64,000 nt of DNA, from NCBI GenBank assembly GCA_019057375.1, contig DXJF01000011.1, positions 1 to 64,000 on the forward strand, read 5' to 3'. The stretch's first letter is position 1, and each line of letters begins with the position of its first letter. The DNA comes from Candidatus Heimdallarchaeota archaeon. Lineage in GTDB: Archaea > Asgardarchaeota > Heimdallarchaeia > Heimdallarchaeales > Heimdallarchaeaceae. A model generated the notes under the pieces. That model was not told the DNA's origin. It was given only the letters and a program-made list of their open reading frames with translations, and did not search any database. Shown piece by piece: positions 9,738-19,442 of this stretch. Position numbers and translations under genes: made by a program.

Positions 9738-9846
9738 TTTAATTTTCTCTTATAACCCTTATAAACAAAAAAAATGTAATACTGACGAGTCTTCTCGGTC
9801 ATATTTGTGTTGTTATGTTAGTTATCGAAAGCTTCTCTGAGAATAT

Positions 9847-11010
9847 ATGGATGAACATTATATTATCAATATTGATGAAGAAGAGGATAATGTTTCTAAC
9901 CGTAATGAGCCAAACACATTCGATAGTGACGATATGGATAAAGAACTTGAAAAATTATTGGTGAATAAATCAGGCTCTTCTGATCGCTTTTCAAGTAGTT
10001 CTGTCGATTCATACATTCAACAAGTTCTCAAAACAAATCGAATTCTAGCTATTGGTGTAGGCGGTGCAGGTTCTAATGCTATTAACAATATTGTAACACG
10101 TGGAGGGATTATTGGAGCAACTGCTGTAGCTGTTAATACAGATGCTAGACATCTTCTAAGTACTCAAGCTGAACGAAAATTGCTTTTAGGCAGAGAATTA
10201 ACTAATGGAACTGGTGCAGGTAATGATCCGAACATAGGTCGAGCCGCAGCTGAAGAAAATGAGGAAGACATGAGAGAGTTAGTTAGAGGAAATGATCTTG
10301 TTTTTGTTGCTTGTGGTCTAGGAAAAGGTACAGGAACTGGAGCAGCACCATATATTGCAAAAATTGCTCAAGATGAAGGATGTTTAGTTGTTAGTGTTTG
10401 TACTTTACCTTTTGCATCAGAAGGACAATCAAAAATGGATGCAGCTTTGCAAGGTTTAGATGAATTAAATGAACACTCTAATACTATTATTGTGGTTCCA
10501 AACGAAAAACTACTGATGTATGCACCAGATTTTACACTTTGGGACGCATTTAAACTGGCTGATGATGTTCTGATTAATGCTGTTGTTGGACTAACTGAAT
10601 TAATAGTACTTCCTGCAAGAGTTAATGTCGATTTTGCTGATACCAAGAAGATATTGAGACGTAGTGGCCCTGCAGTCATTGGTGTTGGACATGGAAAAGG
10701 TGAAAATCGAGCTATACAAGCAATAACTAATGCATTATCAAACCCCTTACTTGATATAGATATTACTTCATCAACAGGCGCGCTTGTTAATATTAAGGCT
10801 AATAAGAATATATCAATGACTGAAGTTGATACCATTACGACTATGATTACAGATCAAATCAATCCAAAAGCAGAATTTGTTTGGGGTTGTAATATTGATG
10901 AAGTCATTCCAGATGATGAACTAGCAGTAACTGTAGTAATTGCTGAGGTAAAATCCTCGTACTTAACTAAAACCGACGATATATCTATTGAAGCATTATG
11001 GAGAGATTAA
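9847..11010 (+). CDS. ftsZ: Cell division protein FtsZ
   Basis: IGVGGAGSN, AVNTD, GAGNDP, signature variant GLGKGTGTGAAP, PNEKL, T7 loop NVDFAD. Confidence 0.93.
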   Translation: MDEHYIINIDEEEDNVSNRNEPNTFDSDDMDKELEKLLVNKSGSSDRFSSSSVDSYIQQVLKTNRILAIGVGGAGSNAINNIVTRGGIIGATAVAVNTDARHLLSTQAERKLLLGRELTNGTGAGNDPNIGRAAAEENEEDMRELVRGNDLVFVACGLGKGTGTGAAPYIAKIAQDEGCLVVSVCTLPFASEGQSKMDAALQGLDELNEHSNTIIVVPNEKLLMYAPDFTLWDAFKLADDVLINAVVGLTELIVLPARVNVDFADTKKILRRSGPAVIGVGHGKGENRAIQAITNALSNPLLDIDITSSTGALVNIKANKNISMTEVDTITTMITDQINPKAEFVWGCNIDEVIPDDELAVTVVIAEVKSSYLTKTDDISIEALWRD

Positions 11011-11077
11011 GTAAACTCTTCTCCCCAAAATTATTTTTAGGTTTTTATGCTCTTTTCTATATATATTATTAGATACT

Positions 11078-12199
11078 ATGTCAAAATTTCAAATTCACCA
11101 CACTGAGGATTTTATTACATTAGAATCTGATAATCAAGCAATTTCAGTTATTGGTTTTGCATTATCTAAGATGGAAGAAGGAGTTCTCATACAACTTTCG
11201 AGAAGAATAACAAATTATTTTGATTCTTTTGGTTATTCTTACGTTATTCAAATGACTGAAAGATCAATGAAACTCTACTTGATTATTTCCGCACAGAATG
11301 CAGGTGAAGTAATAGGCGAAGTATCAAATCTTCTAGATAAAATGCAAAAAATTACCCCAGTAAGTCCATTTCTGGTCATATCACAAATAAACCACCACAA
11401 TATTGCTGAAAGCTTGCAAGAAAGCTATTTATCTCCTATTCGGAAAACGTCAGAACCCCGAATTATCAAAATGGGAAAGAAATTCATGGTTTTCTCTTCT
11501 ATAGTTTTTTCAGGAGAAGAATCTAATCAACTTACAAGATATTTTCAAGATTTGCTTACATTTAAACAGTGTAATCTAAATCTAAGTTCAAGAATTCTCA
11601 AGAAAGGAAAGAATAAAGCTGGGAAAAACAAAAAAGGGATTTTATTAACATACAGTTCTTCAGAATTTGATAATTGTATAGAATATTTACAGCAATTGAA
11701 AATAATATCTCTACAATATAAAGAAAAGATGGTGTTTTCGATACGATTTCATTCCTTAAATGAAATAAAACGCAGCAAAATCCTCTTTCTTTTGGGATTA
11801 CCTAATAAGTCAGAGATGCAGCTTTCTTGGGATTCATATTTCAAAATTGAGAAATTTATACCCTGTATAAAATCAGATTTAAAGAAAAGAACGAAACCAA
11901 TGAGATCCATACGCAAAAAGGAAATCCCCCACCATAATAGAAATAGATTATTCCCTCTTTTTAAGAGTGTAAGATTACCGATCTTTATGAGAAGGAAAAC
12001 AAATCCCGATCAAGAAATTAGGAAGGAACCAACAATTGTCCTAGCAATGGAACAAAAAAAAATAGAGAATGAAGGGAAATCTATACTTGATTCTAAAAAA
12101 AACACAAAGGAACAAGGTACAATATTCCCCTATGGTCAAGTTGTTTCTGAAAGGGAAATGAAAAAACTAATCAAGAATATACCTCCACCACCTCCTTAG
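11078..12199 (+). CDS. Hypothetical protein with basic low-complexity C-terminal region ending in PPPPP
   Basis: 373-aa ORF 67 nt downstream of ftsZ on the same strand; no family motif recognised. Confidence 0.65.
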   Translation: MSKFQIHHTEDFITLESDNQAISVIGFALSKMEEGVLIQLSRRITNYFDSFGYSYVIQMTERSMKLYLIISAQNAGEVIGEVSNLLDKMQKITPVSPFLVISQINHHNIAESLQESYLSPIRKTSEPRIIKMGKKFMVFSSIVFSGEESNQLTRYFQDLLTFKQCNLNLSSRILKKGKNKAGKNKKGILLTYSSSEFDNCIEYLQQLKIISLQYKEKMVFSIRFHSLNEIKRSKILFLLGLPNKSEMQLSWDSYFKIEKFIPCIKSDLKKRTKPMRSIRKKEIPHHNRNRLFPLFKSVRLPIFMRRKTNPDQEIRKEPTIVLAMEQKKIENEGKSILDSKKNTKEQGTIFPYGQVVSEREMKKLIKNIPPPPP

Positions 12200-12300
12200 A
12201 GATTAGTCCTTTTTCTTCAAATTAACATTTAGTTCTTAAAATAAAAAGAAAAGAAATGTTGATAAGGTAATTTTTTCTCATCCAATAAGGAAGAAACAAC

Positions 12301-12690
12301 ATGTCTAATGAAAAAAAGCCTCATTTACGTACAAGGAAGAGAAAAAATCGAAAAAAAAAGTTTCAGGTTTTGTCTCAAGAGGATTTCAAAGCACAAGTTG
12401 TTTCTTTACTCATAAAAGCAGATAAAATTATTTCAGAGGATATGGATAAAGCCCAGCAATTTGCTAAACAAGCACGTAAGATTCAAATGAAAACTAGAAT
12501 AAAATTCCCCCCAGAATGGAAAAAACGATTCTGTAAACATTGTAAAGCATTCCTCTATCCAGGAATTAATAGTCGAGTTAGACTTTCATCAACAAACAGA
12601 GTGATAGCCATAAAATGTAACCACTGCAACAAGTATACTAGAATACCCTATTATAGAAGTAAGGAGGTTAAGAATGAACAACACTATTGA
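12301..12690 (+). CDS. rnp4: Ribonuclease P protein component 4 (Rpp21)
   Basis: KRFCKHCK...PG...RVRL...CNHC zinc ribbon and RIPY end. Confidence 0.9.
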   Translation: MSNEKKPHLRTRKRKNRKKKFQVLSQEDFKAQVVSLLIKADKIISEDMDKAQQFAKQARKIQMKTRIKFPPEWKKRFCKHCKAFLYPGINSRVRLSSTNRVIAIKCNHCNKYTRIPYYRSKEVKNEQHY

Positions 12691-12928
12691 CCAGATACGT
12701 CATGAACCATCAAAAATGCGTATAGGAAAGAAGGGAATTACTGAAAACATCATTCATGAAATAGAGAATGTACTGAAAAAGGATATGGTAATAAAGATAA
12801 AATGCTTACAGGTTGTTCCTTCAGAATCTGTAAAAGATATAGCTAAAAACATATCTAAATTGACAAATAGTAGAATTGTGGAAATTCGAGGAAAAACAAT
12901 AATTTTAGCTCTGCAAGGTGTGAAATGA
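12674..12928 (+). CDS. YhbY/CRM-domain RNA-binding protein
   Basis: MRIGKKGITE, VIKIK, IRGKTIIL; usual neighbour of rnp4. Confidence 0.88.
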   Translation: MNNTIDQIRHEPSKMRIGKKGITENIIHEIENVLKKDMVIKIKCLQVVPSESVKDIAKNISKLTNSRIVEIRGKTIILALQGVK

Positions 12929-12938
12929 AAATAGAGAG

Positions 12939-13832
12939 TTGTGGTACTTGGTTTATATTTTTGTATGTATTGACTTTGATAGGGATTATGCAATACCGAT
13001 TAAAAATAGTAAACATGCTATCAGCAATCCGCTTAAAGAACAACCAAATGAAATTCTCAAAGACCCAAAATTATCAGCTTCTCTTAAGGGAACACTTGAT
13101 TGCTTTGAACCCTTCATCAATTGTTTAACTGATTTCAACCTCCCTTCAACCTTTTATTTTGAAGCAAGAAGCTTGAAGCTATTAAAAGAAACTAATTCAA
13201 AATATGTATCTCTTCTTAAAAAGCAAATATTTGAACATGGAGTACACGGTTTTGATCACGAGGATTTGACAGGGGAAGAAACTGGGATAAGTTTGAACAG
13301 AGATGAGGAATTACAAATTATCAAGAGGTCACAAGCGGAAATTGAATCTATTCTAGATACAAAAGTATATGGATTTAGAGCCCCTTATATGAAAAACACT
13401 GCTAATACATTCAATATATTAAACGAACTAAACATTCGGTATGATAGTTCTTTGTATGTAGAAGCTGAGAGTGCTATAAAACCATATAAAATAAATGGAA
13501 ACCTTATGGAATTCCCTGTAATCAAAACACCAAAACAAAGTATAATGGAAGGGATGTATACTTATCTTTGGCCTTTGTTCGAAGGCAAAAGAAAAGAAGA
13601 AGATGTCATAAATAACTATCTTCAACTTGTTAAGAACTCTCAACAGGATGATTCATATATTTCGATTAATCTACACTCATGGCATTTTTCATATAATATC
13701 TCTCAAGGAAGATATCTTTCGAAAATGGAAATTCGAGAAAATGTTCAAATCTTTGAGAATCTTATAAGTAAACTACAAGAAACTGGAAAAATAACCTTAT
13801 CAACACCAAAGAAGTGGCTAAAAGAAAGGTAA
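12939..13832 (+). CDS. Polysaccharide deacetylase (NodB-like)
   Basis: IDFD, HGVHGFDH, GFRAPY, YDSS and LHSW motifs; start codon uncertain (TTG 12939 or 12948). Confidence 0.82.
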   Translation: MWYLVYIFVCIDFDRDYAIPIKNSKHAISNPLKEQPNEILKDPKLSASLKGTLDCFEPFINCLTDFNLPSTFYFEARSLKLLKETNSKYVSLLKKQIFEHGVHGFDHEDLTGEETGISLNRDEELQIIKRSQAEIESILDTKVYGFRAPYMKNTANTFNILNELNIRYDSSLYVEAESAIKPYKINGNLMEFPVIKTPKQSIMEGMYTYLWPLFEGKRKEEDVINNYLQLVKNSQQDDSYISINLHSWHFSYNISQGRYLSKMEIRENVQIFENLISKLQETGKITLSTPKKWLKER

Positions 13833-16136
13833 TTTGTTCGAATCCATCCCTAAAGTTTTTCTTATCTGTTTAACATCTTCGAAAGCAGCAATTTGCTGGA
13901 TTTCATCTAAAATCCTTTTTTCTGTTAACATTTTTTTCCAACAATGTATTAAATCCTTAAAATTGTCTTTTGTCTCTTCCTTAACTTGGAATAAAACTAA
14001 ATTCTCTTTGATAGTATCATGAAATTGCGTTGAAAGAGATTCTCTAAAATATGTCTCATACACAAGAAAATCGAGAATGTTTTTCATGATAAGAACCAAA
14101 CTTTTGATTTGTTTAGAATTTAAAGAAAATTTCAACAAATTAATTAAATCAGTACCAATTTCAAGAAAAACTGAATTGTCTTCACACTTCATAATAGGAA
14201 AATTCGATATTTGGTTTGTTCTAAAATCGTAAAGGTTGTATACTTTTTTGTTCATTATTCTACTATAATAGGAAAGTAGTTCTGAATTTAGAACTGACAA
14301 GAGATAAAACCACCCTATTTCGTTAGTAAAAGTTTCTTGAATAACCAAACTAATGACATCGGTTTCATTAATCGTAGGGGGAGATTCTGAACCAAGTAAA
14401 GCAAATTTATTACTATCTGCTTGATATGGACAAACAATTTTGGGTATGTTTTTAATTAATTTCAAAGATCTATACGCAGCATAGTCATAGAAACTCTTTA
14501 GACCATACTTCTTCTGTGTTTTTTCAAGAGTTCCTTTGAAATTAAGCAGATAGTTCTCAATGTTCGGATAATCCTTTAAATCCTTGTCTTTTAGAAATAT
14601 CCAGAATTCATCTCTTGCTCTCCAATGATAAGGAGAGATGTCACTATTCTTGATCAGATGTTTTAAACAGTTCTTTTCTTCTTCATCCAATTTTACTGTT
14701 AGATTATTTGCTCCCACATATGCTAAATCCGATATCTGTTTTAATTTGAAAATCCTATTATTTCCAGTTGAACATCCTTTACCAATTTTACAAATACCTG
14801 AAAAATCTCCGTATTTCTTATCATCTCCTAAATGATAATCAGCTCTTTTACTAATCTGGGTTATAATAGGGTTAATTTCAAAAACCCATTTTTTCTCTGA
14901 AAGGTTTGACTGACGTATTTTTGTGTGTTTTAATCTGGTTTTGTCTATAGATTGTATGGAATAATCATCTTGAGCAAAATAAACATCAAATGGCAAATTT
15001 CTTGGTTTAGATTTTTGTAAGATAACAATAACGGTATCTACTCCCAATTTAGTTTCAGTTGATGAAAAAAGAGTTCTATTACTTCTAAAGTCAATAATTT
15101 CAAGTATTTCAGAATTTAATAATATATGATTCCTCAACTTATCGCTGTCATTACCCTCAAGCCAGTATCTAGGGGTAATGAAGGAAACTATGCCCTTGGA
15201 ATTACACAGATCTAAACCTCTTTCCCAAAAAACATTAGATATATCCCCATTAGGATTATATGTATCATAAAGTCTGGAATATGTCTTTCTTCCAGAAAGA
15301 TTCATACGTTTTACATTGATATAAGGGGGATTTCCAATTACTACATCAAAACCACCCATCTTGGATACTTCTGGAAAGATGTGATTCCAATTTAATGGTG
15401 TTTCATTTCTCAACCATGTATTTACTCCTTCCCTGCTACTAGAGGTTATTCCATTAAGAATTGATTTTCTATAATTTGAAAAACTAGAACTGCTCTTTGT
15501 ATTTTGCTCAAAAGAAAAACCAATTAAGCTGTTTCCTACTTTGAAATTAAAAGTGGGTAGAATAACTTGCTTCTTTTTTAGAAGCTTAAGAGCTTTTTCA
15601 GCGAATTTTAGCTTTGCCAATTCAGTTGAAACTGAAGACAAATCTGTCCCATAAAGATTATTAGAAATAATTGAATTTATTATGAATTTCTCAATATTTC
15701 TTTCTGTGAAATCTTCTAAAGAAGATGTTCTTTGAATTTCATCTTCCAGAATTGAAACAGTGGTTTTGTATAATGAAAAAAGATAATCGAAGCTGTGTAA
15801 AAGAAAAACACCCCAACCCATAGCAATATCACAAATTGTGAAATTGGGTAAAATTTTGTTAAACAGAATAGAAAATATTGCAGGATTTTGATTACGTTCT
15901 AAATCATTAAAATCTTTGAATTGTCTTTTAGTCACCAATTTGTCTAGTTTACTATGGAGAGATTGAGAAATGGTTTTTTCAACTATGTATTGTGCAATAA
16001 AATCTGGAGTATAATAACTACCTGTCTTTTTTCTACCACCGGATACTAAGGATTTGTCTAATTTCTCTTGTATCTTTTGTATATCTGTTTCAACTTGATG
16101 TAGAAAATACTCGTTTACGAAATTCAAACAAATCAT
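13818..16136 (-). CDS. N6-adenine DNA methyltransferase (Eco57I/TaqI-C-like) with target-recognition region, no nuclease domain
   Basis: GSYYTP, motif I variant DIAMGWGVFL, NLYGTD, FDVVIGNPPYI, FITPRYW. Confidence 0.88.
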   Translation of the reverse strand: MICLNFVNEYFLHQVETDIQKIQEKLDKSLVSGGRKKTGSYYTPDFIAQYIVEKTISQSLHSKLDKLVTKRQFKDFNDLERNQNPAIFSILFNKILPNFTICDIAMGWGVFLLHSFDYLFSLYKTTVSILEDEIQRTSSLEDFTERNIEKFIINSIISNNLYGTDLSSVSTELAKLKFAEKALKLLKKKQVILPTFNFKVGNSLIGFSFEQNTKSSSSFSNYRKSILNGITSSSREGVNTWLRNETPLNWNHIFPEVSKMGGFDVVIGNPPYINVKRMNLSGRKTYSRLYDTYNPNGDISNVFWERGLDLCNSKGIVSFITPRYWLEGNDSDKLRNHILLNSEILEIIDFRSNRTLFSSTETKLGVDTVIVILQKSKPRNLPFDVYFAQDDYSIQSIDKTRLKHTKIRQSNLSEKKWVFEINPIITQISKRADYHLGDDKKYGDFSGICKIGKGCSTGNNRIFKLKQISDLAYVGANNLTVKLDEEEKNCLKHLIKNSDISPYHWRARDEFWIFLKDKDLKDYPNIENYLLNFKGTLEKTQKKYGLKSFYDYAAYRSLKLIKNIPKIVCPYQADSNKFALLGSESPPTINETDVISLVIQETFTNEIGWFYLLSVLNSELLSYYSRIMNKKVYNLYDFRTNQISNFPIMKCEDNSVFLEIGTDLINLLKFSLNSKQIKSLVLIMKNILDFLVYETYFRESLSTQFHDTIKENLVLFQVKEETKDNFKDLIHCWKKMLTEKRILDEIQQIAAFEDVKQIRKTLGMDSNKLPFF

Positions 16137-16227
16137 TTCTACATTTAATTAACCCTTTTTCTCTTTTTCGTATGGTTTTTTGTCTTAAGATTAAGTTTTT
16201 TTAATCAGAAATATATGTCGGAATAGA

Positions 16228-16779
16228 ATGTCTTTGGACTATTATATATCAAAAAGCTGTTCTTATCAAAAATTCATAGAAAGAACACCAAAAAATAGAG
16301 AACGATTAGATAATGTGTACTCTAGTGCTACTATACCTGAGAAGTATAAGAAACAGATTAAAGAAATAAAATCTACTATTAGACTTCTTGTTTTTGCAGA
16401 AAATTGGTGTTCAGATACAGTATTAACAATCCCAGTTTTAGCTAAGCTTGCAGAATTAAATGACAATATTAATCTTCTTATTGTTCCAAGAGATGATATA
16501 ATAGAGGAATTTAAGCAAGAATTTCTAACTGAAGGTAAAGCAAAAATTCCTTTAGTTCTATTCCTTCTAGATAAAACGAAAGAAGTAAAACGATGGGTAG
16601 AACGCACAAAGCAAACGAACGAACGTATTAAAGAAATTAAAGCACAACATGTTAAGAAATCTGAGATTTACAGAAGTGTTGTAGAACTTTATCTTAAGAA
16701 AGGTACGATTGATGAAACGGCTATGGTTCTTGCATGTGAGTTAATAAAAGTTGAACTGATTGCCAGTTCATCAAACTGA
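16228..16779 (+). CDS. Thioredoxin-fold protein (WCxD type)
   Basis: LVFAENWCSD and cis-Pro motif KIPLV. Confidence 0.8.
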   Translation: MSLDYYISKSCSYQKFIERTPKNRERLDNVYSSATIPEKYKKQIKEIKSTIRLLVFAENWCSDTVLTIPVLAKLAELNDNINLLIVPRDDIIEEFKQEFLTEGKAKIPLVLFLLDKTKEVKRWVERTKQTNERIKEIKAQHVKKSEIYRSVVELYLKKGTIDETAMVLACELIKVELIASSSN

Positions 16780-16801
16780 AGTCAATTAATTGTTCTCAAA
16801 A

Positions 16802-17206
16802 TTAACGATATGTAAGAATTTTAGATATCTTTGCTGAAGCACGTTCCATATCTAAGAACAACAGACCAAGCTTTGTATCAGTGGTTGCACTTACTGTTAG
16901 AACAGCATTCTCTCCTGCTTGCATGGAAATTATGTAGCCATTCTCTCCCTCTACAAAAATTTTCTTTAATAAACCTTTGTTAAGTTCTGTAGATACTCTT
17001 TCTCCTAAGGAAAGCATAGCCGCAGTCATTGCAGCAAATCTAGTTTCTTCTACTCTCTCCAAAACTAAAGATACCAATGGAAGTCCCTCTAGAGATACTA
17101 CAGCTACATCTACTATCCCTATTGATCTAAAACGTAATTCATTGATACATTCCATAAGCTCTGCATTGATTGATTCCATTCCATATTGTGAACTATAAAT
17201 TGACAA
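16802..17206 (-). CDS. Roadblock/LC7 domain protein
   Basis: AVVSLEGLPL, AAMTAAMLSLGERVSTEL, VEGENGYII pattern. Confidence 0.9.
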   Translation of the reverse strand: MSIYSSQYGMESINAELMECINELRFRSIGIVDVAVVSLEGLPLVSLVLERVEETRFAAMTAAMLSLGERVSTELNKGLLKKIFVEGENGYIISMQAGENAVLTVSATTDTKLGLLFLDMERASAKISKILTYR

Positions 17207-17283
17207 AATCTATCACTGATCTACTAATAAAATCGCACTCACACATAAAAGGGCAACAAAAAAAAGAGGAAACCAAGTATCAT

Positions 17284-18174
17284 TTACTTCTTTTTCTGAA
17301 TTTCTTTTGATAGTTTGTTAGTCAAATCACTAATTATTTTCTTTCTTTTACCAAGGTCAACTGGGAATGGCAAGGCCTCAGTTGGTGTTGCTAGCTTAAG
17401 AATGTCATCTGTTGTGGTGACTTTATTACGATTGATTGAACGGTAGTTGTCAATAGCTCTGAAATATGCATCTGGTTCATAGATGAAAAGAGAACCAGGA
17501 CCTACAATAATTACAGCATTTGATTCCCTGATACACCATGCTGGATGAGCTGAATTGTTAAAGCTTTCAACTACAGTGATTTCTGAATGTTCTTTTACAT
17601 AATCAAACGAAGTCTTAGTAGCAGCTGCGTAAAACTTATCGTTCAAAGAGTAGAATTCTTGATCATTTTTAAAATACTTGATCTCTTTTGCTTCTTCTAG
17701 AATTGAATCTGTAAGAGTTTGATCATTCCAAAACTTCTGGTTCTTATAGATTGGCTCGTTCACTAAAAAGCAAGATTCAATTTCAGATTCTGATTTATAA
17801 ATTGTAAAACGTTGCATTAAAGAAACACTACTAGAGTAACGCGAAAAAAGTGTGTTAATTGAACCCTCTTTATAGAAATTGTACGGTAGTGCTTGAGTAT
17901 TAAGTTTGTGAACAGGGTTTGCCAAAATCGCAGGTGTTTCAACAGACGAAGGTTCCATTAATTTTACAATATCTAAAGAAACCAAATTTCCATGGTTCTT
18001 GACATTTTCCTTTATCTCTTCATAGTGAAAGAACAAATTGTTTCCACTTAAAGGCTTAAAAGGTGCTGTTTTCATCGAAAGATCGTTTTCAAAAGAAGAG
18101 ATAATTTCTTTTGCAAAAGTAGTTTTTCCTGAATTATATTCAAATAGGCCTCCAATGAAAATTATGAATGTCAT
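17284..18174 (-). CDS. Predicted P-loop ATPase/GTPase (COG4028-like)
   Basis: N-terminal GLFEYNSGKTT, FKPLSG, NPVH and VESFNN motifs. Confidence 0.7.
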   Translation of the reverse strand: MTFIIFIGGLFEYNSGKTTFAKEIISSFENDLSMKTAPFKPLSGNNLFFHYEEIKENVKNHGNLVSLDIVKLMEPSSVETPAILANPVHKLNTQALPYNFYKEGSINTLFSRYSSSVSLMQRFTIYKSESEIESCFLVNEPIYKNQKFWNDQTLTDSILEEAKEIKYFKNDQEFYSLNDKFYAAATKTSFDYVKEHSEITVVESFNNSAHPAWCIRESNAVIIVGPGSLFIYEPDAYFRAIDNYRSINRNKVTTTDDILKLATPTEALPFPVDLGKRKKIISDLTNKLSKEIQKKK

Positions 18175-18294
18175 TGTAATTACCTACAACAATAGGATAT
18201 GTATTGTTGATATATGTTTCGAAAGCGTAAACCTAGAATATTGACCCAGAAAAGCTGACAAATGAGGGATGTTGAGAATATGTATAAGTTCAGA

Positions 18295-18597
18295 CTAAAT
18301 TTTTATTCCAATCTCATTGCTCTTATAGAAAATTATCAATCGTTCTTTGAAGTATTCTCTCAACTTTTCTATAACATCATCAATTTCTTCTAGCATGTCT
18401 TGGTCTTTTGATTCTTTCCACTCTTTGTAGTGTTCATAAGCAATAGAACTTTTAGATGCAGTTTCTTTTACTAATTTTTCCCTGTATAGCAATATTGTGT
18501 CTCCCTTAATTTTGATAGACTTATAGAATGGCTCAGATTCCATCTTTTCTTTCTGGCAGATTTTAGTAATCATATCATAAACCATCAGTATCACCAT
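18295..18597 (-). CDS. Hypothetical protein, possibly the 3' part of a frameshifted gene
   Basis: 100-aa ORF; an overlapping upstream frame (to 18575) carries a hydrophobic segment and could join it by removing one T near 18577. Confidence 0.45.
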   Translation of the reverse strand: MVILMVYDMITKICQKEKMESEPFYKSIKIKGDTILLYREKLVKETASKSSIAYEHYKEWKESKDQDMLEEIDDVIEKLREYFKERLIIFYKSNEIGIKI

Positions 18598-18730
18598 TTT
18601 CAGACATTTTATTCAACCATTGTCTGCTTTTTTCTCTTCTTTGAGCATATAAATCGCTATAATACCTAAAGAATATATACAACAGAAATTCTATGAAGTA
18701 AGTTTCCAAGTATAAAATAATAAAAGAGTT

Positions 18731-18804
18731 TGGAGCGGAGTGGGTGATTTGAACACCCGTCAAGAGTTTTGCAGACTCACGCATGGCCGCTTTGCTAACT
18801 CCGC
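18731..18804 (-). tRNA. tRNA-Cys(GCA)
   Basis: Acceptor GCGGAGT/ACTCCGC, U73, anticodon loop CTGCAAA, encoded CCA. Confidence 0.95.
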
Positions 18805-18955
18805 TTACCTAGCTTGTTCCTAGCTTTGTTTCTTGCTTGTTTTTTTCAGTTATTTTTTTCCTTCTTTCCTTTAATCAAAAAGTTTTCTATCTTTTAGATG
18901 TTAATTTTCTTTAGCTTGAGCTTTTTTTCCTATTTTGTTAATGTTTTTGCTCTCT

Positions 18956-19384
18956 TCATTCTTCTTTTTTTGGTATCGCTGCTTCTGTTTCGTGTATTAC
19001 TTTCCATTCTCCTTCTATTAACGATAGTATCTGTGTCACAATTACTACAAAGTCCATTCTTTCTCCTTCTTTTGGTATTTGGCATCCTGTTCCTGTTGTG
19101 TTGTACATAACTTTTGTTTCTGATAGAACATTGAAAAATTCTGTTTCTCTAATCATTTTTTGTTCTTTCATAGTCTCATATGTCCCTTTCATAGCCATAG
19201 AAAATTCTTCATAGGTTAGGTTGAATATTTGCCCAAATATAAGTGCAACAAATCTAAAATCAGCATGATTGTGGTAATTTTCTAAAAGAGTATCGGCGTC
19301 AAGTTTTTCCAATGCTTCGAAGATTCTATTAACTGGCTTCCTTACATCTTCTATAATTGCGTCTCGATTAATTTTTGACATCAC
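18956..19384 (-). CDS. SnoaL/NTF2-like (DUF4440-type) protein
   Basis: N-terminal helix, D-A-D-x-L-L-x-x-Y pattern, C-terminal GEWKVIHETE. Confidence 0.75.
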   Translation of the reverse strand: MMSKINRDAIIEDVRKPVNRIFEALEKLDADTLLENYHNHADFRFVALIFGQIFNLTYEEFSMAMKGTYETMKEQKMIRETEFFNVLSETKVMYNTTGTGCQIPKEGERMDFVVIVTQILSLIEGEWKVIHETEAAIPKKEE

Positions 19385-19442
19385 TTATGTGTTTCTCGAC
19401 AAGTTATTTAAGAATTCTGAATTTTTGATTAGGTAATCCTTA

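Noticed and set aside
10368-10835. Long antisense ORFs in the track (e.g. 10368-10835, 25485-25907, 21666-22025, 36927-37253)
   Set aside because: They lie wholly opposite well-supported genes and have no recognisable motifs; typical shadow ORFs.
13836-13850. Second tRNA 3' fragment (GTTCGAATCC)
   Set aside because: No acceptor strand or CCA geometry follows, and it lies within the MTase coding sequence.
18175-18294. Possible second C/D sRNA (CTGA-CAA-ATGAGGG)
   Set aside because: No convincing C box or terminal D box and no terminal stem.
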